Source: Eledone cirrhosa
Lineage: Eukaryota
DNA: 64,000 nt
Assembly: GCA_964016885.1 (NCBI GenBank)
Contig: OZ024755.1
Span: 36,766,001-36,830,000 of the forward strand
Direction of reading: 5' to 3'
Under the pieces are notes generated by a model. It had not been told where the DNA came from, ran no database searches, and worked only from the letters and a program-made list of their open reading frames with translations. The translations under genes were made by a program, and so were the position numbers. Of this stretch, positions 1 to 13,060 are shown piece after piece (the stretch's first letter is position 1; every line of letters starts with the position of its first letter).

Positions 1-75
1 ATTAACTGAATTTTAAGATTTTAATATGATTGTTAGCATCCGCTATGTGTATTGATTTAAAAGAAAAGAAATATG

Positions 76-465
76 TCTTGACTGTGTTAATTGGACGACA
101 AGGTTACTTAAGAAGCTCTCTACATTCCAGAACCACATCATGAACCTTATGACTGGTAAGCAACTCAGCAACCGTATCTGTATCAGTGAGCTGCTCAACA
201 TTACCAAACTCAGACCAATTACATCAAGTATCAAGTCAAGAGTACTCAAACTATACGGTCATATAAAAAGATCAACTCGTGGTGTGAGTAGGTTATGCCT
301 GGAAGGAAGGTTGGCTGGTAAGAGAAGCAGAGGCCGGCAACCAAAACGATGGCTTGATAATGTCAACTTATGGACTGGCTGTTGGTGATCGAATTTTGTG
401 GAGAGAGATATCACATGTTAATGTGCAGTCTCTAACTAGCGGAGTTTAGCGTCACAAGAAGAAGA
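76..465 (+). mobile_element. RTE-clade LINE 3' fragment (family A)
   Basis: ORF 140-388 has the RTE C-terminal motif LYGHIKR...LEGRLAGKRSRGRQPKRWLDNV and a (gaa)n tail. Near-identical copies lie at 9683-10190 and 14823-15245. Confidence 0.85.
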
Positions 466-1527
466 GTTATAATTCTTAATACCAATATCTATAAATGCTT
501 TCCAATTATAACCACAAGAGTATACACCTTACCATCTCTTTAAAACTTGGATGAATATGTTTAGATCTTGCTAAAATGTTTAAGAAATAATTTGATTGGC
601 GTCATAGTATGTCTGAAAGTTATTTCTTATTACGCATAAACACAACAGTCCTGATATTTTAGAGCAGAAGACAATTTATATCACTCATTCTAAGTGGGAA
701 ATAGATAAACCCATTCATTCGAAATCTACATAGAACACACAATCGAAATATAGAAACTAAAGTTATACAATCCTCCCTGGAAATGTTGTCAATAGTAGTG
801 TTAGCTGACTGTTTTAATGCGAGTGTGTAAAGCATGTTACATCATAATTTGCCAATCGGTAAATTTTATATATTCATAATAGAAGATATTTGGTATCCTC
901 ATATTCCATGATATACCTTCTTTGTATATTTTTATGTTGTTGTAACATAAATCAGAAAAAGATAGTCAACTTAAAAACGTAGTTAATTTGCTTAAGTTTC
1001 GATACGCAACCATTTTGTTACATGAATATTGAATCATATTAATGTTTTCCTGTTTGACATAAAGACAAGTAAAGAAAATCTTTTAGTTAATGTTAATTAT
1101 ATGAGTGAAGTAACTTATTTCCAATCAAATATTTTCAATTCCTGTTCCAAATTAATGTATAACTTTATCTCATTTTCCTATAAATCAACTTTGACAAAAT
1201 CAATTGCAACATATTGAAGCAGATAAATTATATATAAAGTAACTGCCCATTTCTCAGCCAATTCAATAATTCAAACAATTTTACGGGGTAATCACGGTTA
1301 TTGGATATTAGCACAATGGTGTGACTCGATTTTTGCGGCTGTTTAAATTTGCAATTTCTCGTTTTTAATAGATATCCAATATGTTTATGTCATTAAACCA
1401 CACAAAATCCTATACTAAGCCACAATTTTACTGGGTTGTTTGCTTAACATTAGAATATTTTAACGGCTATTCGGAACATGGTTCAACCATGGTTCAACCG
1501 AACTGATAAAATAAAATAAAGTATAGA

Positions 1528-2086
1528 ACCTGTCTCATGGTCGGGTCGTTGGCGACTAAACTGGCAACCCCACCAAGGTTTCTTGGTGAGGAGGGTGACT
1601 TTGGACATCCTGCAGGACTAAAAACAAAACCTGTCAAAGGGTAAAGGAGCTCTTAAGAGTCAATGGCCATCCAAAATCACCGGGAGAGATGACCCCTTAG
1701 CCTTTGTCAAGGCAGAATTCTAGGAGAAGGAAAACTCTGATATAACACCTGCAACTCTGATGGTATCCAATGATGTTGACTTGTTCTTCTTTTTGGTAAA
1801 TATCATCTTGGTTAAGAGAGTGGGACTGGCTTTGTGCAGTGCCTTTGCTCACTATAAAAGCTTCACGGCACAGGCATTGCTTTATATCTGGAGATCTCTC
1901 TGCACTTGTCGTCACATGGTACCATGGGCCCAGTACTATGTGTCAATAATTGTCACAAGTGTAGTGTTTGTACCAGAGTTTTCAAGTCGCTGGCTGGACT
2001 AAAAAGTCACACTCGTTCAGCGCATCAGTAGGGGTTCTCCTACATGGATATAAAGTAGTGGCCGTACACGAAAACGAGTTGGCAGC

Positions 2087-2090
<4 letters not shown>
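1528..2090 (+). mobile_element. ~600 bp non-autonomous retroelement, probably RTE-derived, ending in (TA)n
   Basis: Near-identical to 23631-24247 (-) and 55070-55685 (+). The 3' part encodes a C2H2-like remnant, [17 protein letters not shown]. Confidence 0.7.
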
Positions 2091-2155
<65 letters not shown>

Positions 2156-2206
2156 TATATAAAGTAAAAGCAAATACAAAAACCAAAATCCGAAGAGGGT
2201 TCGATA

Positions 2207-2313
<107 letters not shown>

Positions 2314-2991
2314 ATACAAAAAGGACGAATGGTTACTCCTTCATTACGTTTATTGGTTGGTGACACGCGTTTCGCTACCGATCAGCTCAAGGTTCGATCT
2401 GTGTCGATCTAGCCCAACTCTGGAATCAAAAGCTCGGCGGATCTCTGTGGTTTACACTCCCTGGATACACACACACATACACACACATACACACACACAC
2501 TTATATATATATAATATGTGAGAGATAATAAATAAGAAGAGGAAGAAAAGTGAGTCATTTTAGCAGATTATTTGGCTATTTATTTAAAGGAGATTACTCA
2601 ACAATATCTAGTAATACCAACTTGGTAATATCAGTTTTGTATTGTATATTTTACGTGATATTTTCTGAGACATAAAGAAAAGAACAGCGCATTCCCATGT
2701 AAATAGATGAAACAATTAACTTCTAAATATATTGAAAGAAAACATTTATTATTGAGAAATGTTTTGCCAAACTGAAATTATATATCTTTGAAATGGTCTA
2801 CTTCCTCCCTTATTTTACATCAGACTCACACATACAGACTTGCCTTCTATGCACATAAACATACATCACATACACCCAGGCACGTGCATGCTCACACATA
2901 TGTGTCTGTTTATATATATAGTAATAATAATAAATTTGAAGACTAAAATCCAAAGATAAGGATAAATATATATCAGATATATAAGAACCGT

Positions 2992-3062
<71 letters not shown>

Positions 3063-3100
3063 TACAAACATATATATACATCAAACAAACACACACATAT

Positions 3101-3130
<30 letters not shown>

Positions 3131-3132
<2 letters not shown>

Positions 3133-3452
3133 TTCATTTTACGTCCGCTTTTTCCCTGCTTGCAAGGGTGGGACGAGAACTGATTCTGGCTTGATTTCTA
3201 CAGCTGGATGCCCTTCCTAACACCAACCTCATTTACAGTGAGTGCTGGGTGCTTTTTTGCCGTGGCACCTTCACGACCACTTTGCAGTGGAATGATAGGG
3301 ACCCCAGTCCCTATCATCTCATTTCTACAGCTGAGTAAACTGGAGCAATGTGAAATAAAGTGTCTTGCTCAAGGAAACAACACATCACCCGGTCTGAGAA
3401 TTGAACTCACAACCTTTCGATTGCAAGGCCAATGCTCTAACCACTAAGCTAT
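3131..3452 (-). mobile_element. tRNA-derived SINE (second family) with (ATG)n tail
   Basis: The minus strand reads agcttagtggttagagc (A box), gagttcaattctc (B box) and tccttgagcaagacac (CORE-like), followed by a (cat)n run. Confidence 0.7.
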
Positions 3453-3753
3453 GTGTCTCCATCATATATATATACAAACACATATATGAAAACACATGTG
3501 TGCAAACATATATATATATATATACATAAATATAGATGCATACATACACACATATATATATATATGTATGTGTTTGTATATATACATATGTATATATAAA
3601 TATATATATGTATATATACAAACACATATATACAAACACATATATATATACAACAATCAAATACACACACACACATATATACATATATATGTAAATTATA
3701 AACATATATATAAACACACACACAAAAACCACAAACCCTCCATCTCAATTCTA

Positions 3754-3789
3754 CTTTTGAAAAGCACAAGACTGCGAAACCGGTAAAGG
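3754..3789 (+). ncRNA. Hammerhead-like motif, U3-A8 core variant
   Basis: CTT TTGAAAA GCA..TGC GAAA CCGG TA AAG. Sister copies at 39092, 42661 and 52392. Confidence 0.55.
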
Positions 3790-3969
3790 AACCAAATAAA
3801 GATTTTTAAAAGGACTCCAGTTGCATTTTCGATTTCAACTTTTTCCTTATTCTTTCACTAGTGTAGGACGTCTCTTTTTTTTTATTTTGTAAAAAAACCC
3901 CATTTTCTTATATATATATATATGTAAAAGAAATCAAAGAACGCCTACATACTCATACAATTTTTATTT

Positions 3970-4014
3970 GCTGACAGTGTTTCATCCACACCATGGGGCA
4001 GGAATCATCAGAGC
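3970..4014 (-). ncRNA. Type I minimal hammerhead ribozyme
   Basis: Reverse complement: GCT CTGATGA TTCC..GGAT GAAA CACTG TC AGC. Stem I is GCT/AGC and the site is GUC. Same family as 58484-58528. Confidence 0.75.
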
Positions 4015-4794
4015 TTTATAAACAAAAATAAATGCTGAGTATAAGCTCTACCAAGCTTAGTCACACGAACATTATATATATATATATATATAAATACATA
4101 TGTGTATGAGTGTGTATGTGTGTGTGTATGTATGTATGTATTGTTCCGCCCGACAAGATATTCATAAATATACCCATGTGACATATACACTTATAATTCA
4201 AATGACGGGAGTGTGTAGGTCCCTGCATTGATAATTTCGTATAAAGGCATGACCTATCATATGACAATCAAATATCCAGATGTATATTTCTATTATCACT
4301 TATAATGTTTTCCGAATTAATATTTATTTTTCTTCAATTTTGCGACATTTCTATAATTATCATTCTATTTTTTTTCAATCAATTGTCATTTTATTCGATC
4401 CTCTCTGTAATTATATTGTTGAAAACGATATGAAGTTTATTTATATTGTGCTTTTGAAATTTAATGTAAGAGTAAGGTGAAATAAATATAAAAGACTGTG
4501 TCGTTCGAACTGATTGATAATCTTGGAGACAGTTATATAAACAATCGATGGAATATCGATAAAAATATATTGTTCCTTATAATTCTTTTTTCCTCATATC
4601 TAATTTGTAAATATGTAATTTCTAAATGATTAAATGTTATATATTCATATTTGATCGCAAACAGGTTTTCAATCTCTTTTCATTTGATGCTCATTCTCAG
4701 TGTATAAAAAATATTTAATTTGAACAATGGATTCTTGTTGTGACGGGAAGGATTTAAATTATGTTCAGATTGGGACATAAGGCATGGTTTAGTC

Positions 4795-5085
4795 CAGTCA
4801 TGGGAAACCTGCAGCCTGCGAAGCTTTCTGAATGGTTCACCTAAGTCACTTAAGTGAAATCTTTCTGATTCTTTTACCCCAACTTTTCAGTCGTAACTTA
4901 TCTTTCTATCACTTTTACGATCGAGGAAAACAACGTGTACGAATTCTAAAGAAACAAATCAAAACAACCTGAGTTACCGCCCTTTTTTTTAATGTGGGCA
5001 TGGATGTAAATTAGCGCTTGCGGCCCGCCTGATGATGAGCCATATCTCATGCGGCCCGCTTCTCGAAAAAGTTTGCTCATGCCTG
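4795..5085. mobile_element. hAT (Charlie-like) MITE
   Basis: TIRs cagtcatgggaaac/gtttgctcatgcctg and an imperfect 8-bp TSD gtttagtc/gtatagac. A second copy lies at 27722-28013. Confidence 0.75.
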
Positions 5086-5208
5086 GTATAGACCAATGCT
5101 GTTGTATCAGAAAGGCGTGAATATCCTAACTCACATTCTTAGGGTATTTAGGAGGACATAAAGTCTTCCTGATACGCTGTCAAATAAAATTATACACAGG
5201 TAAGGTCT

Positions 5209-5610
5209 TATAGCTATTGTTGAAGCTGTTTTTGTTTATCCCTCTATCAGATCTGACATTGTGTGTGATTTATTTCAGCTCAGAACACAGTCATGTAATC
5301 AGTGTATTTGATGCTCTGATTACGCTGACAATTCGCTACAGATCGAACCTTGAACTGATCAGTAGCGAAACGCGCGTCACCAACCAATAAAAGTAATGAA
5401 GGAGTAACGAACCGTCCTTGTATTGATTGGCAGTATCGGTAGAGGGTCGGACGCCATTCTTTGACGCATAGAGTTACGGCCCTTGCCATTCTGAGTCTAA
5501 AATCCCGCCGAGGTTAACTTTGCCTTTCATCCTTACGGGGTCGATAAATAAAGTACCAGTAATGCACTGGGTAATTGCTGGCCTTGTGCCAAAAGTAGAA
5601 ACAATTATTA
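5209..5610 (+). mobile_element. Composite repeat: pLTR-like segment plus SINE, duplicated at 11619-12020
   Basis: About 400 bp nearly identical to 11619-12020. It contains GTAGC GAAA CGCGCG TC..AATAAA followed by the SINE. Confidence 0.75.
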
Positions 5611-5713
5611 TATTACCCTCTGTCTAGCTCTACACACCTCGATACTGATGTGAACCTAAACATGGAGTGCTCACCCGGGTGAACCTACAGTAACTCCGCA
5701 ATATACTCCCTGG

Positions 5714-5746
<33 letters not shown>

Positions 5747-6820
5747 CGTATGTGTTTGTGTGTGTGTGGAGTGGTCAACGCAAAAGTGAAGTGACATCCC
5801 TAGTGCAAACTTCTGCAGTTCGGTACACCAGAGGAGATTTCTCATGAGTTATCAATACTATTTGCCATATTTGCGCCTTCAAAATCTGCAACCGAAAGGT
5901 TTTTCGTGGATTTTAGGGTCTATCAATACGGAATATTCAAAATAATCATTATATATATTTTTGGTATGCGTGATAATAGAGAGATAATGTAAACTTCTTA
6001 TGTTCTGTGTAGAAGACTAAGGAAAATTCTTTAGGTTTTTATGAAAACCTCCGGTCAAACATTTCACTTGTGACTAACAATAAATGAAACTCTGTTGTAT
6101 TCGACGGTGACTTTTTTTCGGTCAACGGGACTCCCTACCGGCGAAATTGGTGTATATTCCACAAGCACGTGTAACCGTTGTTTAATTTCCTGGAACATTT
6201 AGCGAAAGTCAAGTGGGATAATCTGACCTTAAGAAGTACACACACAGTCCATCCATCATGCTTCTAAACAGCTTTCCTCTACTTCACTGACAAAGCTAAT
6301 CTCAACCCGAGATTATGGTGAGATACTTCGTCAAGATGACACACTATGGGATAAAATGCGGTACCATATGATTGGGAAGTGAACCTCTTACCCATTCGTC
6401 TATTCACCATCGCTTGTGATTAAGAAAAATATAATCATTAGTTTAATATAGAAGACAAAAGGTTGAATTTCTGAATTCCAAGTTCACCAATTGTATAGGA
6501 TAATTAGACGCCCTCTAGTTGTAATCAATAAAACAAACATAATGCTGTCGCTATAAATTAATGTATTGCTGCCTCGTGAGATTGGCCGCATATATAAGGA
6601 AAACTATGACAACAAAATTTCCAAATTCTTAGAAGAGACACAGGAAGACGGTGCAGAGTTTTCGATACGTGTTCGAATATTGGATCAGTCTTTACATTTA
6701 AAAACCTAATACCATAAGAAACGGTCTATGTTATTGTTTTGTTACATCTTTAGTCAAATGAAAGCGATATTAACATACAGAAAATACAGCAAACATTTTT
6801 GTTTCTATTATTTGACTCAT

Positions 6821-7285
6821 GGATGGCGGTGGATTGGCAGAATCGGTAGAGAGTCGGACACAATGCTTTGTAGCATAGAGTTGCGGTCCTTTTACGATCT
6901 CAGTTCAAATCCCACCGAGGTTAACTTTGCCTTTCATTATTTACGGGTCGATAAAATAAAGTACCAGTCACGCACTGGGGTCGATTTAATCGACTTTCCC
7001 CTCTCCCCGAAAATTGCTGGCCTTGTGCCTATATAAGAAACCATTATTTGACCTATGAAGGGTGGTGGATTGGCAGTATCGGTAAAAGGTCGGACACCAT
7101 GCTTTGCAGCATAGAGTTATGGTCTTTTACGGTCTGAGTTCAAATCCCGCCGAGGTTAACTTTGCCTTTCATCCTTACGGGGTCGATAAAATAAATCACC
7201 AGTAACGTACTGGGGTCGATTTAAATGACTTTCCCCTCACCCAAATTACTGGCCTTATGCCTATATAAAAAATCATTATTTGACT
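6821..7285 (+). mobile_element. Two tandem copies of the dominant tRNA-derived SINE
   Basis: tggcagaatcggtagag (A box), gagttcaaatccc (B box) and the conserved core gcctttcatccttacggggtcgataaaataaagtaccagt. Confidence 0.9.
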
Positions 7286-7918
7286 CCTGAATAAATGAAT
7301 ATTCACCTTGATGTTCAATAAACGTATCTAGTTTCGAGTAGTGGGTGTAGTAATTGTTGCGAGTAGTTTTTAACAGTGTGATACATGCAAAGGCAGTATA
7401 AACAAGTAGCGTTATATCTTATTTAAACAGCATTTTATTCTATCATATCGTCTTTTGGAATGTTTTATTTTGGTCAAATTACTCTGGAGAATATATGTAA
7501 AGAACTGATCGTGTTAATTATCTCCAAACCTATGTTGGACAAAAAGATCTTGACAAATCAATAAGAGAAAATGATAACAATATTGAAAAGTAAATCAATA
7601 ATAATAATGGTAGCGTGTTATTGTGTCATCAACTGGTGTAGAGACACCTATTACTGCTATCATTGTATTGATGTGTTCAAGTTATGGGATGGCTGTATAA
7701 GAATGAACAAAGATAACGTCGTCACTTGATATAGATTAACAGCTTAAGTGATTAGGGAAGACGTTTTCCTTTCTATCTCGGGGGAGAATGATAAATAATG
7801 AGAGGATATCATTCAGATTATTATCTCACCTTTTTCTATTTCTTTGGTGCATACTCATATGCTAGTTTCTTATACCATCTTTAACGCAATTGTTACTAAT
7901 CCCTATTGATTAAAACGT

Positions 7919-8420
7919 AATGAAAGAATACAAAACTATGTTTACTTGATAATAAGAAATCTTAAATATATATGAACAATACGCAACAGATTTACAAAGA
8001 GTACAATTGTTATATATTATCGGGAAAATAAAAATACGATAAATAGATACATAGATAAAATATACCTTCATCGAAAAAGAATAATATCAAAAGAGGGGAA
8101 AATTGGATATGAAAGAGCATTCTTCCCGAAAAATAATTTGGTAAAGATAATTGGACTTAGTGATAATCAGATGGTTCAGATAAATATATTAACAGGACTC
8201 TTCTGAAAAAATGTATAAAAGTTATCTAAATAAGCATTCTAATTACTGTTGGAAGATGAAGGAAATTAACACTAGATTATCTTAGATATACTTACTCAAT
8301 TTTACTTCCAAAGTGTTTTCAAATTGAATAAATTACTGGGATTATAGAATATAAGTTACTCGAATATTTGTATCCCACGGAAAAATAAGTATGAAGATTC
8401 AATTATTATTCCTAAATGAA
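7919..8420 (+). pseudogene. Possible ancient decayed LRR-coding remnant
   Basis: One frame reads IQNYVYLIIRNLKYI*TIRNRF...IDKIYLHRKRIIS...ERAFFPKNNLVKIIGLSDNQMVQI, resembling LxxLxLxxNxI periodicity but with many stops. Confidence 0.3.
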
Positions 8421-8650
8421 ACCGTTTGTTTTCTTGCAACGGAAGCATTCCATAGTAATATCAGGTGAGCAATACTAATAAATGGGCACACATATATATA
8501 GAAGTGCTGCTGGTTTTCTTTCATTAACTGCTACAGGGAAGTTCCATACAAAATTGGTCAATATTACTTTTGTTTAGCAGCGATGAAAATTTCAAACATT
8601 GCTTTGAAAAATCATTAAAATACATTTAAGTTTTATCATTTAGAATAAAT

Positions 8651-9034
8651 CTTCTTCGGCCAAGTTTATACTCGCAAAGATTCAGCACACTCTTTCTCCA
8701 ATCGTCCGGGTCGAGCATGACATTTCTCAGTTCATCAATGTTATCAATGTCGACATCTCTCAGCAGGTACTATTGACAAAGTCCTATACAAGAGACTTGA
8801 CCGATGTTACACGAGGATGTTGAGAATGGCTCTCAACATTTCTTGGAAACAGAATCTGACAAATAAGGAACTATACAGATCATTACCACCAGCCTCAAGA
8901 AAAGTTGCCTGCAGACGAATGAAACTGGCTGGGCACTGCATCTGTCATCCAGAAGAGACGGCATCACAACTTGTGCTCTGGAAACCGACAGTCAGACAAA
9001 GAAGTGTGGGAAGACAGGCAATCTCGTTCATTGA
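8651..9034 (-). mobile_element. RTE LINE (family B) with 5' inversion and TSD
   Basis: The 3' end is on the minus strand (8651-8769: LLRDVDIDNIDELRNVMLDPDDWRK). The adjoining upstream part is inverted on + (MLRMALNISW...SFID). TSD ttagaataaat at 8640-8650 and 9035-9045. Confidence 0.85.
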
Positions 9035-9581
9035 TTAGAATAAATGTCTAAATTCAAATCTCTGATTATTTTCTTCTGTATCTTGTAACAAACAAACACA
9101 CAATATTGAAACTGAAAGTCAAAAGCATATCATTTTAATAAAGAGTAGGTATATGAGATCAAACCATATTATATAAATTTCGTGTATTGGTTGCTTCTTT
9201 ATGTTATTGCAGTTAAATGCAGAAGATAGCTGTTTATATATTTCCTATTCACCCGATCAAATCAACTGTAGTTATCTAATACTGATGAACACATTATAAA
9301 TAACAAAACCCGGTATGTTATACACTACTTCCTCCAGAATATAAATTATGTCCTCCAATCGCCTAGAAATGATTTCACATAATAGAAGTTAACTTCCATA
9401 TTCCAAGCATGGCATATATTGGATTGTGTTTTCACAAAAAATATACTTTCGAGAGAAATTGCAATCGAAAAGAGAAAAAGATCTATTGCATCGATTTTAA
9501 AGTTTACTGTATCAAATATAAATTCAGTCAACTTGAATAATCAATTTTAAAGTTTTATATTACACTAGACGAAGATATAAG

Positions 9582-9622
<41 letters not shown>

Positions 9623-9682
9623 ATGAAGATTGTAATGCATGAGTGAAAAATATCATCACGTTTATTGTACTTCTATCAAATA

Positions 9683-10190
9683 TCTTGTGAAGCTAAACTC
9701 CGTCAGTTACAGACTGTACATTAACGTGATATATCTCTCCACCAAGTTCGATCACCAACAGCAGAGTTCAAAGAGTAAAGATCAAGTCCAGTCCATAAGT
9801 TGACATTGTCAAGCCATCGTTTTGGCTTCCGGTCTCTGCTTCTCTTACCAGCCAACCTTCCTTCCAGGCATAACCTACTCACACCATGAGTTGATCTTTT
9901 TATATGACTGTATAGTTTGAGTACTCTTGACTTGACAATTGATGTAACTGGTCTAAGTTTGGTAATGTTGAGCAGCTCACTGATACAGATATGGTCGCTG
10001 AGCCGCTTGCCAGTCATAAGTCTCATGATGTGATTCTGGAATGTAGAGAGCTTCTGAAGTGACCTTGTCATCCAAATAACACAGTCAAAACCCGCTCACT
10101 GATACAGATACAGTCGCTGAGCCGCTTGCCAGTCATAAGTCTCATGATGTGGTTTTGGAATCTAGAGAGCTTCTTAAGTGACCTTGTTTA
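9683..10190 (-). mobile_element. RTE LINE 3' fragment (family A) with a small internal duplication
   Basis: ORF 9721-10071 carries the RTE C-terminal motifs. 10095-10187 duplicates 9976-10068. Confidence 0.85.
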
Positions 10191-10977
10191 ATAAATGGAT
10201 TATCAGATAGAGAAATATGTCCTACGATGTGTATGTTTATGACTTAGTGTGTAGGTGTCAACTCGGTTTCGAATTGATATTCTAAACCGGATATAGCACG
10301 TTTTCTTTCAATGTTTCCAACTCTTTCAAATTTTCCCTTGATTTAGCTGAAATAATTAAATATAATCCTAATATGAAAAATGGTTCTGATTTAGATAAAA
10401 CAGAATACATCAAATGAAATTTCAAACGGCAAATCTAGAAATGAGGAAATAGAAATAATGTTAAAATCAAAACTATAATTCACAACGGTATTGGTTAAAT
10501 GCCTCGATATTTGTTGCTGCTCATTGAATTCTGAGTTAAAATCCACGTTACGTTTGAGTGGGTTTGATCCATAGAAGAACGGGGTGAACCAATCTCTCAG
10601 ACAAGCATTAGAGATTTCTAACTGGTAATCAAGTAATGACTGGATTTCCCGAAACTACAAGTGTGTATATAGAAGGGGCAATTAGAAAAGGCATCGCAAC
10701 CGACGATTTAGCGGCAAGAATCACGATCATTTCTTCAACGCCAAACATGAAGGTTGCGTGGTTAGAGTTTAATCAGTGCTACAGAGGGGCATTATTAGTT
10801 CATGAAAATTAATACAGAAATGGATGTGCCAATAGCTAGATCCGTCGAGTTGCACGCAGAGCGACAACACCGTCTTGCATGCTGTCGCCCAGCGCCACTG
10901 CAGACATGTGGGCTTTTGTCGAACACCTTCTAGACTTTAGATAGGCTGGAGCACTTTTATTATTTTATAACACATTG

Positions 10978-11200
10978 AGGGTGGTGGATGGGCAGTATCG
11001 GTAGAAGGTCGGACGCCATACTTTGCAGCATAGAATTACGGCACTTTATGGTCTGAGTTCAAATCCCGCCGAGGTTAACTTTGCCTTTCATCCTTATGGG
11101 GTCGATAAAATAAAGTACCAGTCACGTACTGGGGTCGATTTAATCGATTTTCCCCACTCCCCAAATTGCTGTCCCTGTGCCTATTTAAGAAACTATTGTT
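10978..11200 (+). mobile_element. tRNA-derived SINE
   Basis: Same A/B boxes and core as 6821. Confidence 0.9.
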
Positions 11201-11618
11201 TTACAACACATAACTGTTGCATTTATATTTACTCCTTTATAAGGCAATATACTTGGTGCTGCGATAAAGATAGTCCAATTGTTTAGATCTACGGAGCAGA
11301 AACCTTCAAAAATTATCTAGATTGTCGGTTAACAAATATCCGAAAGGCAATATTGCGTGACCAGCTTTGTGTTCAAGATCAAAATGCGCAACACTACTGT
11401 CGTCTCTGACGACTAAACAGGTAAATTTAGCAGGTTCGAAGTCTGCTAACCAGATCATTAGTTACCATGACAACAATAAAAACACCAGAAACAAAATCAA
11501 CAGCAACAAAAACAACAGTAACAACGACACCGCGAGTGACAAGTCAGATAGCTAGCCGCCTAGATTTGCAGATGACTGGCTGATAATATTTGTGTTTTCC
11601 ATTGGAGTTTGGAAGTAT

Positions 11619-12020
11619 TATAGCTATTGTTGAAGCTGTTTTTGTTTATCCCTCTATCAGATCTGACATAGTGTGTGATTTATTTCAGCTCAGAACACAG
11701 TCATGTAATCAGTGTATTTGATGCTCTGATTACGCTGACAATTCGCTACAGATCGAACCTTGAACTGATCAGTAGCGAAACGCGCGTCACCAACCAATAA
11801 AAGTAATGAAGGAGTAACGAACCGTCCTTGTATTGATTGGCAGTATCGGTAGAGGGTCGGACGCCATGCTTTGACGTATGGAGTTACGGCCCTTGCCATA
11901 CTGAGTTCAAATCCCGCCGAGGTTAACTTTGCCTTTCATCCTTACGGGGTCGATAAAATAAAGTACCAGTAATACACTGGGTAATTTGCTGGACTTGTGC
12001 CAAAAGTAGAAACAATTATA
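11619..12020 (+). mobile_element. Composite pLTR-like segment plus SINE (copy 2)
   Basis: Duplicate of 5209-5610. Confidence 0.75.
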
Positions 12021-12168
12021 TATATATAGATATGTAGAGGTTATATTTAATTTGTTGGGATACAACAAGCAAAATACTTTTATAACGGATATAAAACACT
12101 CAACAAATTATTGGAGTAAATATACAATATATTAACAAATGGAAACTATATTTATAAAACCATATTTA

Positions 12169-12230
12169 TTTCATTATACATATTTCAAGGGCCACCAGAG
12201 CAAACTATGGTGCGCTTTCATCAGATAAAA
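12169..12230 (-). ncRNA. Type I hammerhead ribozyme
   Basis: Reverse complement: TTTTAT CTGATGA AAG.GCACC..GGTG..CTT GAAA TATGT ATA ATGAAA. Confidence 0.65.
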
Positions 12231-12365
12231 TATAATATAGGTTAGTTTTATAAATAGATATTGACATACCCTTAAAAAATGCAACCATTCTGGTTGGAAT
12301 CTCCTGGATAGTATTATATATTGGATAGTATATATTGGATAGTATATATTGGATAGTATATATAT

Positions 12366-12433
<68 letters not shown>

Positions 12434-12575
12434 AGAGTTAAACAAGATTCAATGAATACATCAAAGAATGAGTTTTACAATAGATTGGAAGCACTCTACA
12501 GTAAAAAATATTTTCCAGAGTTATTAATATTAATTCAAAATATTAACAAAATAGATATTCTTGTGATCAATTAGA

Positions 12576-12638
12576 TTTTATTATACATATTTCAGAGGCA
12601 CTGAATTAAGTTCAACAGTACGTCCTCATCAGATAAAA
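12576..12638 (-). ncRNA. Type I hammerhead ribozyme
   Basis: Reverse complement: TTTTAT CTGATGA GGACGTACTG..CAGTGCCTCT GAAA TATGT ATA ATAAAA. Family members at 41723 and 46518. Confidence 0.7.
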
Positions 12639-12660
12639 TAAAATGATACATGACATACCC

Positions 12661-13060
12661 TGACACAAGGCCAGCAATTTTTTTGGGGGAGGGGAAAGTC
12701 GATTAAATCGACCCCAGTGTATTACTGGTACTTTATTTTATCGACCCCGTAAGGATGAAAGGCAAAGTTAACCTCGGTGGAATTTGAACCCAGAACGTAA
12801 AGGGCTGTAACTCTATGCTGCAAAGCATAGAGTCTGACGCCCTACCGATTCTGCCAATCCATTAAATAACTGTTTCTACTTTTGGCACAAGGCCAGCAAT
12901 TACTCAGTAAATTACTGGTACTTTATTTTATCGACCCCGTAAGGATGAAAGGCAAAGTCAACCTCGGCGCGATTTGAACTCAGACCGTAAAGGGACGTAA
13001 CAATGCTGGAAAGCATGGCGTCCGACCCTCTACTGATACTGCCAATCCATCGCCAATCCA
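12661..13060 (-). mobile_element. Two SINE copies
   Basis: Reverse complement of the SINE core, twice. Confidence 0.9.

Noticed and set aside
5017-5060. ctgatgatgag inside the hAT MITE as a hammerhead or snoRNA
   Set aside because: There is no correctly placed GAAA, stem III and stem I partner.
6821-7285. tRNA genes
   Set aside because: The A/B boxes belong to SINE heads and there is no complete cloverleaf.
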